Source of the DNA: an uncultured Candidatus Rokubacteria bacterium
GTDB lineage: Bacteria; Methylomirabilota; Methylomirabilia; Rokubacteriales; DASRDR01
Reading direction: 5' to 3'
DNA length: 64,000 bases
Assembly (NCBI GenBank): GCA_963826115.1
Contig: CAWGVS010000012.1
Location: 576,001-640,000, forward strand
The position numbers and the translations under genes are program-made. This document shows, one piece after another, positions 53,986-62,334 of this stretch. Numbering within the stretch: position 1 is the first letter of the stretch; every line of letters begins with the position of its first letter. Under the pieces are notes generated by a model, which saw nothing but the letters and a program-made list of their open reading frames with translations, searched no databases and was not told where the DNA came from.

Positions 53986-54036
53986 AGAACCGACGGCCCG
54001 CCAGAGTAGCGTCCCGTCGACCCGCAGGGTACCACG

Positions 54037-54621
54037 CTAGAACGGCCCGGGCCTTCCCAGCATCCCCCGAAGGAGGTCGGCTTGGCCGATGTGCTCGTAG
54101 TTGTGGGTGAGCGGGAGGTACACGAGACAGTAGCCTCGGGTCATCCCGGCCCACAACTCCTGGATACGTGAGGCCAGCGGGCCGGCAAGCATCCCCTCGT
54201 CGACGATGGCCCGCCCGAGTTCCTTCGGGCTAATCACGGTGTCCAGGGTGTCTGGCGTCAGCACGCCCACGACCGCAGCGGTCCGCTCCCCCACGGCCGC
54301 CCAGTAGGCCTGAAGCGCGCCCAGGTCGATCGTCTCGCAGAGCTGGTCGACCTCGGCCATAGTCATGCCCTCACCCATGTCGCGTCGCGCGACCTTGAGC
54401 CGCCTGGCCCAGGTGGCGTCGAGAACCTGCGGTCCAGTCGCAACCAGCAGGTTCACGGCGGTGTCCTCCGCGCGAGCCATGTGCCAGAGAAGCCACGCCA
54501 GGGGGTTGGTGGCGGGATGGACGTGTCCGCGGACCTGCTCGTCGGTCAGCCCTTCCGTCAGTCCATCGACCCGCGTGTGCATGCGGACGTGGCGCGCGAG
54601 GAACATCTGGGTCGCCTCCAT
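54037..54621 (-). CDS. DinB/YfiT-like protein
   Basis: GGAGG RBS; NPLAWLLWHMARAED, THNYEHIGQ. Confidence 0.88.
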   Translation of the reverse strand: MEATQMFLARHVRMHTRVDGLTEGLTDEQVRGHVHPATNPLAWLLWHMARAEDTAVNLLVATGPQVLDATWARRLKVARRDMGEGMTMAEVDQLCETIDLGALQAYWAAVGERTAAVVGVLTPDTLDTVISPKELGRAIVDEGMLAGPLASRIQELWAGMTRGYCLVYLPLTHNYEHIGQADLLRGMLGRPGPF

Positions 54622-54711
54622 GACTCGACCTCCTGGGGCAACGGCTTGATCCACCTGCCACCCCCGCTACGAAGCATCGGTTTGCCTCATCAGCCCTGGA
54701 CACCAGAGAAC

Positions 54712-57700
54712 TCAGCCCGCCTGCCCGAGTGCCGCCTCAGCCTTCTCCAGCCAGAAGCCCATGTCCATCTCGCGGTACATGGTCATTGCGGTGGTGAGGT
54801 GCTCGCGGGCTCTCGCTCGATCGCCTGTCTGGAGGTAGTGCTTGCCAAGGCCGAGGTGGCAGTGGGCCAGCTCCGGACGCATCGACAGCTCCGTCGCGAG
54901 GTCAAGCAGTCGACCCCAATCCAAGAGCGCCTCCTCGCTCGGAGGCTGTTTCCCCTGGAGGGCGAGCGCTTCGGCGCGAAGCCGGCCGAGGGGCACGTGG
55001 TAGGCGCGCGCGCCGTCCATCGTCGCGAGCGCGAGTCCTCGCGCGGCTGTCGCCTCCGCTTCCTGAAGGAGGCCGGCGGCCAGATACGCGCCTGCCAGCA
55101 TGACCCCGTACCGGGTCGTAATCTTCACCTGCGGCCCGAGCGTGTCACCCATGCGCTCCAGCGCACGCCTCAGTGCGCTCATGCCCTCATCGCGCTGGCT
55201 CAGCAAGAGGTGGGACAATCCGAGCCCCAGTCCGTTAGGACCTCTGGACCTCTCGCTGGCAAGCCCGTGCTCGAACGCGCGCGCGGCGGCTTGGATGTGG
55301 CCCCGCATCAGGAGGACGTAGCCGGCGTGCGCCCCGGCGAGCCCCTGGCTCGGCGGGTGGCGCAGCTCGCTCGCGATGCGCTGGGCCTCGCCCGCCGCGG
55401 CGAGGGCGGGACCGAACTCGCCGAGCGCCGCGTACGCCTCGGCCTCCCAGGCGCGAATGCTCGCTCGGATGGGAAGCACCAGCCCGGCAACTTCCGCGTC
55501 AACCGGCACCGTCGTGAACAGGCTCACGCCGGCGTCGAACTCCTGGATGGCATCATGGAAGCGTCCGCGGGCGAGGGAGGCGGCCCCCACGAGGAACTGC
55601 GCATAGCTCCGCGTCCGGAGGTCATCGGGAGCCGCCAGCGCAAATGCCTCCCGCGCCCGCTCGATCGCCTCCTCCAGATGGCCCGGTCCCGACCACAGCA
55701 TCCACAGACCCTGGGCCTCTTTTACGCGGATCTGGGCGAGCCGCTCGCGGTCATTCAGCGCCCGCGCCAGCGCGTCGGCTTGGACCATCAGCTTTTTGTA
55801 CCCTTCGAACTTCTCCTCGAATTGACTGGATTCGTGGCGCGCGGTCAGGAGCTCGAGATAGGCATCCAGTTTCAGTGTCAGGTCAGCATCGTCGCCCTGT
55901 TGGTCCAGGGCGCGGATCGCGGTCTCGTAGAAGCCGACGCCGCTCTCGTATCGCGCTTCCGCGATGGCCCGTCGCCCGGCGAGATGGAGATACTGCGCGG
56001 CGCGGGCCCACTCCTCGCCCTTCAGCGCATGGTGGGCGAGGCGCTCCGCGTACAGCGAGAGGCGGCCGTGGCCCGCGTGCTCCATGGCGGCCAGGACTCG
56101 CGCGTGCAGGGCGCGCCGCCGGTCGTGGAGCAGGCTTCCGTAGGCCACCTCGTGGGTCAGCGCGTGCTTGAACGTGTACACCGGCTCGGGGAACACGCTC
56201 GTCTCGTACAGGAACTCGGCGGCCTGGAGGTGCGCCAGTCCGCGCCGAAGGTCCTCCTCGCGCATCTCGGCGACCGCCTGAAGCACGGCCTCGGGCACGT
56301 CCTTCCCGATGACCGCGGCGGTCTGGAGGAGTCGCTTCTCCTCTGGCGGCAGTCGGTCGATCCGCGCGGCCAGCACGGCCTGCACCGTAGCCGGCACCTG
56401 GATGGCGGTGGTGGGTCCGCCCAATCGGTAGGCGCCTCGGCCGCCGACGAGTGCGCCCGTCTCGACCAGGGTGCGGGCGCTCTCCTCCAGGAAGAACGGA
56501 TTCCCCTCGGTGCGCTCAATCAGGAGTCGAGTCAGCGGCTGAAGGCTCGGTTCGTCCCCGAGCAGCGCCCGAAGGAGCTCCGCGGCACTCTCCGGGGGCA
56601 GGGAGTCCAGGCGGAGTTGCGTGTAGTAGGTCTTGCGGCCCCAGCGGTGCTCGTACTCCGGGCGGTAGTTCACGAGGAGCATCAGCCGCGTCGCCGGGAG
56701 GCTCTCGACCAGGCCGTCCAGGAGCCCTTGCGTCTCGTCGTCGATCCAATGGAGGTCTTCGAAGACGACAAGGACCGGCCGATCCTGGGCCTCCCGCAGG
56801 AGAAGCCGTTTGAGCCCGTCCAGTGTGCGCTGCCGACGCTGGGGTGCGTCGAGCGTCCGCCAGGCGGCCTCCTCGACCGGCACCTCCAGGAGCGAGAGGA
56901 GGGACGGCAACAGCGGCTCCAGCGCGCGGTCCAGCGTCAGGATCTTCCCCGTCACCTTCTCCTGTATCCTCCGGGGTTCATCCAGAACCTCGACCTGGAA
57001 GTAGCCCTTGAGGAGGTCGATGACCGGCAGGTAGGGAGTCGCCTTCCCGTAGGAGCTGGACCCCGCCTCCACGATGAGCCACCCGTGGGTCCGGTGGGAG
57101 TGCGTCACCTCCCAGACCAGTCGCGACTTCCCGACGCCTGGCTCCCCGACGAGGGCGACCACCTGACCGGATCCCGCAGCCGCTCGACCGATGGCCTGGC
57201 GCACCTGTTCCAGCTCCGCCGTCCGGCCGATGAACCGGGTGAGGCCGCGGGCCGCCGCCACGTGCAGCCTCGAGCGAAGTGGCCCGGCTCCTGTCATCTC
57301 ATAGAGGTCGACCGGCGCGCTCAGGCCCTTGACCGGCACCGGGCCGAGCGGCGTGACCGCGATGAACCCTTCCGCGAGACGGAGCACGTCAGCGGTCAGA
57401 AGGGTCGTGTCGGGCTTGGCCAGCTGCTCCAGGCGCGCGGCCAGGTGCGTCGTCTGACCGACCGCCGTGTAGTCCATCCGCAGATCGCTGCCGATGGCGC
57501 GCACGACCACCTCGCCCGAGTTCAGGCCGATGCGGACCTGGATCACGACACCGTGACGCCGCCGTACCTCCTCGGCATCGCGACGAATCGCCGCCTGCAT
57601 GGCGAGGGCGGCGTAACACGCCCGCACGGCGTGGTCCTCGTGGGCCACCGGCGCCCCGAAAAGCGCCATGATGCCGTCGCCCATCACCTGGTTCACCGTC

Positions 57701-58089
57701 CCCTCGTACCGGTGGACGGCTTCCATCATCCGCTCGAGCACCGGATCCAGGAGCTTCCGCGCGTCCTCGGGGTCCCGGTCGGCCAATAGCTCCATCGAGC
57801 CCTTGAGGTCCGCGAAGAGGACCGTTACCTGCTTGCGTTCGCCCTCGAGGGCGCTCTTCGAGGTGAGGATCTTCTCAGCGAGGTGCTTGGGGGTGTACGT
57901 CTCGGGTGAGACGTACCGGGTGTGTGTCGAGACCGGCCCCGTAACAGCGTGAGCGCATTCCGAGCAGAACTTGGCCTCCGGAGAGACCTGGGTGCCGCAG
58001 TTCGGGCACGTCCGCTCGAGCGGAGCGGCGCATTCCTCACAGAACTTTGCCTGGGAGCGATTGTCATGCTGGCACCGGGGACACTGCAT
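54712..58089 (-). CDS. Double zinc ribbon, adenylate/guanylate cyclase, AAA ATPase and TPR protein
   Basis: MQCPRC..CEEC..CPNC..CSEC, ERKQVTVLFADLKGS, GDGIMALFGAP, GEPGVGKSRL, TPR tail. Confidence 0.95.
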   Translation of the reverse strand: MQCPRCQHDNRSQAKFCEECAAPLERTCPNCGTQVSPEAKFCSECAHAVTGPVSTHTRYVSPETYTPKHLAEKILTSKSALEGERKQVTVLFADLKGSMELLADRDPEDARKLLDPVLERMMEAVHRYEGTVNQVMGDGIMALFGAPVAHEDHAVRACYAALAMQAAIRRDAEEVRRRHGVVIQVRIGLNSGEVVVRAIGSDLRMDYTAVGQTTHLAARLEQLAKPDTTLLTADVLRLAEGFIAVTPLGPVPVKGLSAPVDLYEMTGAGPLRSRLHVAAARGLTRFIGRTAELEQVRQAIGRAAAGSGQVVALVGEPGVGKSRLVWEVTHSHRTHGWLIVEAGSSSYGKATPYLPVIDLLKGYFQVEVLDEPRRIQEKVTGKILTLDRALEPLLPSLLSLLEVPVEEAAWRTLDAPQRRQRTLDGLKRLLLREAQDRPVLVVFEDLHWIDDETQGLLDGLVESLPATRLMLLVNYRPEYEHRWGRKTYYTQLRLDSLPPESAAELLRALLGDEPSLQPLTRLLIERTEGNPFFLEESARTLVETGALVGGRGAYRLGGPTTAIQVPATVQAVLAARIDRLPPEEKRLLQTAAVIGKDVPEAVLQAVAEMREEDLRRGLAHLQAAEFLYETSVFPEPVYTFKHALTHEVAYGSLLHDRRRALHARVLAAMEHAGHGRLSLYAERLAHHALKGEEWARAAQYLHLAGRRAIAEARYESGVGFYETAIRALDQQGDDADLTLKLDAYLELLTARHESSQFEEKFEGYKKLMVQADALARALNDRERLAQIRVKEAQGLWMLWSGPGHLEEAIERAREAFALAAPDDLRTRSYAQFLVGAASLARGRFHDAIQEFDAGVSLFTTVPVDAEVAGLVLPIRASIRAWEAEAYAALGEFGPALAAAGEAQRIASELRHPPSQGLAGAHAGYVLLMRGHIQAAARAFEHGLASERSRGPNGLGLGLSHLLLSQRDEGMSALRRALERMGDTLGPQVKITTRYGVMLAGAYLAAGLLQEAEATAARGLALATMDGARAYHVPLGRLRAEALALQGKQPPSEEALLDWGRLLDLATELSMRPELAHCHLGLGKHYLQTGDRARAREHLTTAMTMYREMDMGFWLEKAEAALGQAG

Positions 58090-58292
58090 ACCGGGCCCCT
58101 CTCCCTTGGCGGAGCGCGGCCAGCGTAGCACGGCCAAGCCACAGGCCACCCTGCCCCCAGTCTGCACGACGGTCCGTCCACCAGTCGCCTGGCGCCGACG
58201 AGTGCCACAAATCTCGTGAGACTTCACACTTAGTCGGGGGCCCGATACCTCGCGATCCTAGAGCGGCCAAAGAACCGCGCTACTGGTCAGGA

Positions 58293-58530
58293 TGGTAGCG
58301 GGATGGTCGCAAAGACAGGATCAGGGGGCGCCGGTTACCCGGCAACCCCCTGATTTTGATGGTGAGCCGTGAAGGAATCGAACCTTCAACCTACTGATTA
58401 AGAGGTGGTCGCGGACCCGAACTCCTACGCACTCAGGAGCGCTAAGGCTACGAATCTTCTGCGTAGCCGCGTGATGGATGTGCGCCTGCGTGTGGTGGAG
58501 TTCGGTGGAGTTTGGCACTGGCGTGTCACC
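58293..58530 (-). repeat. att-like site 11: arm repeats, hairpin, perfect tRNA-Lys 3' fragment, type-A arm (arms on both sides)
   Basis: TGGTAGC (58293) and TGGTCGC (58304); hairpin ATCAGGGGG...CCCCCTGAT; core 58360-58404; TGGCAC at 58513. Confidence 0.95.
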
Positions 58531-58625
58531 GACGCTCCGGATGTGACGGGGCCCGGGCGCGAGGAGCCCCGGCCTCGCCGACTGCGACGGCGGCTGGCTC
58601 GAGGGCGAGGCCCAGGAGCGACGTC

Positions 58626-58692
58626 AAGCGCCGTGAGGCGACCTGTTCTCGTCTCACGGTGCCTTCGCGTGAATTGGAGCCGGCCTGGAACC
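58626..58692 (-). repeat. Orphan distal half of a type-B arm, core deleted
   Basis: AAGCGCCGTGAGGCGACCTGTTCTCGTCTCACGGTGCCTTCGCGTGAATTGGAGCCGGCCTGGAACC aligns with ~17955-18021. Confidence 0.85.
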
Positions 58693-58988
58693 AGAATCCG
58701 ACGCCATACGCCTTCCCGGGGACATCGCCACCCGACGGAAGCAGCCCGCGCTCCGTGGGGCTCGGTCACGGCGCTGGGTGGCCACAGATCCAACGCCCTG
58801 AGACGGAGCGAGCCGTCTGCCACCTCGAGGACTCGCATGCCGCGCCCTCACCGGCCGGGCCGCCCGCCTGGCAGTGCGGGGCGACCAGCAGAAGTGCGTC
58901 CGGTCGTCAGCAAGCTTTCCCCTTCTGTGGGCGCCGTGCCACCATGGCCCATGGGTGGTTCCGCTCCTCATCCAGCATTGGAGGTCCT

Positions 58989-59519
58989 ATGGCTGCGATT
59001 CTTCGAGGGCGATCGATGCGGACGGCGTTACCCGTCTCCGTTCGGATCAGCACGCCGGACATCGAGATCTTCGATCTCGGCAGGACAGTCGATCGGGTCG
59101 CCCTGCAAAAGGGCACTCACCGTCTCATCGTCGGACGGCTCATGGGCGGGTGCTGTTGGAGCTTGCTGCGGGCACGCCTCAAAGATGGATTCGTCGTCGG
59201 GATCGAGGTCGAGCGGTGCAAGGACTCGGCGCCCGTCGACAAGCGGATCGCCGGTGTCCTGCAGCGCGCGGTACGCACGCTCGCTCGGCGAGCGCATCGC
59301 GGCGCTCAACCGGTCCCGATCCGGGAATTCCTGAACCCCACCGCGATGAAGCGGATCGCGTCGAATCTCGTGGTCGAGCACTGCTTCGAGGTCTGTATCA
59401 CCACGATAGGCGCACCCGAACCACGGGAGAAGTGCTACCTCTGCTGTGCCACCATCTGGTTCATCGAGACCGGCGGCCCCAGACCGAAACGGATCACCCG
59501 GTGGTGCCTTCCGTTCTAA
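58989..59519 (+). CDS. Hypothetical protein (176 aa)
   Basis: GGAGG RBS before ATG 58989; open frame to TAA within TCTAAC; no family recognised. Confidence 0.55.
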   Translation: MAAILRGRSMRTALPVSVRISTPDIEIFDLGRTVDRVALQKGTHRLIVGRLMGGCCWSLLRARLKDGFVVGIEVERCKDSAPVDKRIAGVLQRAVRTLARRAHRGAQPVPIREFLNPTAMKRIASNLVVEHCFEVCITTIGAPEPREKCYLCCATIWFIETGGPRPKRITRWCLPF

Positions 59520-59676
59520 CGTCCGCTGCGGATATGCGTCGCGTGGGGACGCGGTCGGCATCGCTCAGCCGAGGTTCGAGAACACCTTCGGGACGTCGTC
59601 ATCCTGCTCGAGCGCATCCACGAATTTCGGGATCAAGGTCGAGTCTGGCGCGAATCATTACGCGATCGTCGGGACT

Positions 59677-59814
59677 ATCGCGATCTCCACCGTCATGCCG
59701 ATCGGAACGAACCACTGTGTGGAGACAAGGGAAGAGACGGTCATTCAGCTCCACGGGATCGGTCCGTGGGACGTCACGTACGTCAATCCGGAGGACGATC
59801 CGCGGAAGCGATAG
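59677..59814 (+). pseudogene. C-terminal fragment of a cupin-domain protein
   Basis: MPIGTNH...EETVIQLHGIGPWDVTYVNPEDDPRKR*; no N-terminal part. Confidence 0.65.
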
Positions 59815-59839
59815 CGCGCGGGGGCCTTGGCGTCGCTTG

Positions 59840-59899
59840 GGCCAACTTCGCGGTGCAACCAAAGGCGCTTCGCGCCGCGGCTGACGGCAAGCGTTGATG
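59840..59899 (+). mobile_element. Integron attC-like site (60 bp)
   Basis: GGCCAAC-n6-GTGCAACC-AAAGGCGCTTCGCGCCGC-GGCTGAC-n7-GTTGATG: R''/L''/central hairpin/L'/R' with one extra base in L''. Confidence 0.7.
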
Positions 59900-59917
59900 T
59901 GACTCCCGTCCGTCTAG

Positions 59918-60058
59918 AACGTGCTGGGGGTGCCGCTCGCGGCGGGGATCCTCTATCCGGTGCTGGGTCCCCTGCTGAGCCCGATGGTCGCGAGCGCCGC
60001 GATGACGTTCAGCTCGGTCTCGGTGATCGCCAACGCGCTCCGCCTCCGCCGCGCGCGG
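59918..60058 (+). pseudogene. C-terminal remnant of heavy-metal P1B-type ATPase (CopA-like)
   Basis: [14 protein letters not shown]...[27 protein letters not shown]. Confidence 0.85.
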
Positions 60059-60279
60059 CCCTCTCAGCCGAGGGCGGGGTTCTGCCAGGCTTCTCCCGAC
60101 TGGCGCGTCCGGCCGGGATCGGCTAGAGTCCCGCCGTCCCGGCGAGACCTTGGCCGGGTCAACGGGCGCGTTCGAGCGGCACTCCTGAGCGAGTAACGAG
60201 GGTCCGGCCAGGGCGCCGGCCCTCGATCGGTCATATAGAGACCTCCAAAAAGGCCTGTGCCCCCAGGTGGGAGGTGCAT

Positions 60280-61294
60280 ATGATCCCGTCGAGCCTCGGC
60301 CGTTACACCCGCCGCGACTTCCTCAGAACCAGCGCCCTGGCCGTGACCGGCCTCGGGCTCGCCGCTCGACCGGCCTGGGCCGAGCCGCCGCCCGAGGTGC
60401 GGACGCTCAAGCTCAGCAAGGAGCCCTACGCCTGCCTCGCGCCCCAGTACGTGGTCGATGAGTTCCTGGCGGCCGAGGGCTTCGCGCGGCGTGCAGCGCG
60501 TGGACGTTGGCGAGGGGTCGACGTTCAAGCTCATCGTCAAGGGCGAGCTCGACTTCATGCTCGATACGTCCTGCTCGATCGTCACCAATATCGACGCCGG
60601 TGAGCCTGTCGTCACGCTCGCCGGGCTTCACGGCGGGTGCTTCGAGCTGTTTGGGACCGACCGGGTCCGCTCGATCCGTGACCTCAAGGGGAAGACGGTC
60701 GGCCTCCTGTCGGAGGATGCCCCGGAACGCATCCTGGTCTCGGCGATGGCCGCCTACGTGGGGCTCGACCCCCGGCGGGACATCAAGTGGGCGGCTCATC
60801 CCTTCGAGGAGACGAAGCGGCTCCTGGCCGAGGGCAAGCTGGACGCCTACATGGCCTTCCCTCCGGAGCCGCAGGAGCTCAGGGCGAAGCGGATCGGTCG
60901 GGTCATCGTCAACACGACGACGGATCGGCCCTGGTCGGAGCATTTCTGCTGCATGGCGGTCGGGAGCCGCGAGTTCGTCGGGAAGTATCCCGTGGCCACG
61001 AAGCGCTTCCTGCGCGCGATCCTCAAGGCAACCGATCTCTGCGCCCGCGAGCCCGACCGGGTCGCCCGCTACCTCGTCGACAAGGGCTATACGACGAATC
61101 TCGAGTACACCAACCAGACCCTCCGGAATGTCACATACACGAAGTGGCGGACGGACAGCCCCGAGGCGACGCTCCGCTTCTACGCGCTGCGGCTCCGCGA
61201 CGTCGGCATGATCAAGGCGACCCCGCAGAAGATCCTCGCCCAGGGCACCGACTGGCGCTTCCTCAACGAGCTGAAGAAGGAGATGAAGGGATGA
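60280..61294 (+). CDS. NitT/TauT (NMT1-like) ABC substrate-binding protein, frameshift near 60485
   Basis: Tat RRDFL and PPPEVRTL..ACLAPQYV in one frame; GLHGGCFELF, DRPWSEHFCC, GTDWRFLNELKKEMKG in another. Confidence 0.85.
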
Positions 61295-62285
61295 TTCGCC
61301 GGCGTCAGTTCCTGAAGGCGGTCGCGGCCGGCTCCACGGGATTCGTGCCGCTCGCGCCGCGGCTCACGGTGGCCGGGCCGCCGCCTGAGACGACCACGGT
61401 GAGGCTGTTGCAAATTGCTAGTGCTTGTCAGGGACCGCTGCACGCAGCCGAAGAGCTCTTGCTGGCCGACGGATTCACCCATGTGGAGTACGTCAAGACA
61501 GAGTTGGCCTCCGTCTTCAAACCCCTGGCCTCTGGCGAAGCGCACTTTGCCCTGTATTTCGGCGCCGACCTAGTCAGGCAGATCGACGCCGGCGACCCGA
61601 TCGTGACGGTGGCGGGTCTCCATGTCGGGTGCTTCGAGCTCTTTGGCGGCCCCGGCGTCCGGACTGTCAGAGACCTGAAGGGCAAGACGGTCTCCACACC
61701 AGGGCTAGAAAGCCCCCAACAGAAGTACATCGCCAGCATGGCGGCATACGTGGGAGTGGACCCGCAAAAAGACATCAACTGGGTGGCCCATGGCTCGGCG
61801 GAAGCCGCCCAACTCCTCGCGGCCGGGAAAATTGATGCTCTGATGGGGTTCGCGGAGCTCGCGCAGGAACTTCGAGCCAAGAAGATCGGCCACGTTGTGG
61901 TCAACAGCACCATCGACCGGCCGTGGTCGCAATACTTCTGCTGCATGGTGGTTGGAAATCGAGAGTTCGTCCAGAGGTCCCCGGTCGCCACGAAACGCAC
62001 AGTGCGGGCCATCTTGAAGGCGAATTCCATCTGCTCGTTAGAGCCAGACCGGATCGCGCGGCTCCTCGTAGCCAAGGGCGTCGCAACCAGCTACGACTAC
62101 ACCCTCCAGACGATCAAAGAGCTTCCTTACGCGCGGTGGCGTGAGTACCAGCCCGAAGACACGATACGTTTTTACGCTCTTCGCCTCCATGAGGCGGGCA
62201 TGGTCAAGTCGAGCCCGCAGAAAATCATCACCCAGGGGACCGACTGGCGGTCCTCAACGAGCTGAAGAAGGAGCTGAAGGCGTAG
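61291..62285 (+). CDS. Second NitT/TauT-type ABC substrate-binding protein, 1-nt frameshift near 62250
   Basis: MIRRRQFL, PPPETTTVRL, GLHVGCFELF, DRPWSQYFCC; GTDWR followed by LNELKKELKA* in a shifted frame. Confidence 0.88.
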
Positions 62286-62334
62286 GGGAAAACGAGCTGA
62301 ATCGGAAACTGAAAGGCTAGGGGAAGGAAGGTTC

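Noticed and set aside
54481-57789. 1102-aa plus-strand ORF and other long antisense ORFs (e.g. 23235-25349, 6499-8400, 20198-21922)
   Set aside because: Shadow frames opposite well-supported genes, typical of high-GC DNA; no motifs.
5387-58404. Calling the repeats functional tRNA genes
   Set aside because: Every copy stops at or 1 bp beyond the anticodon loop; none has a D-arm or 5' acceptor strand.
34041-58518. Recurring small ORFs with LLISRLKVRFLHGSP / MPVPNSTELHHTQA peptides
   Set aside because: These are translations of the att repeat; frames and starts differ between copies and the flanking peptide is not conserved.
5387-58530. CRISPR array
   Set aside because: Intervals are 1.3-12.5 kb and contain genes; the repeat is tRNA-derived; no cas genes seen.
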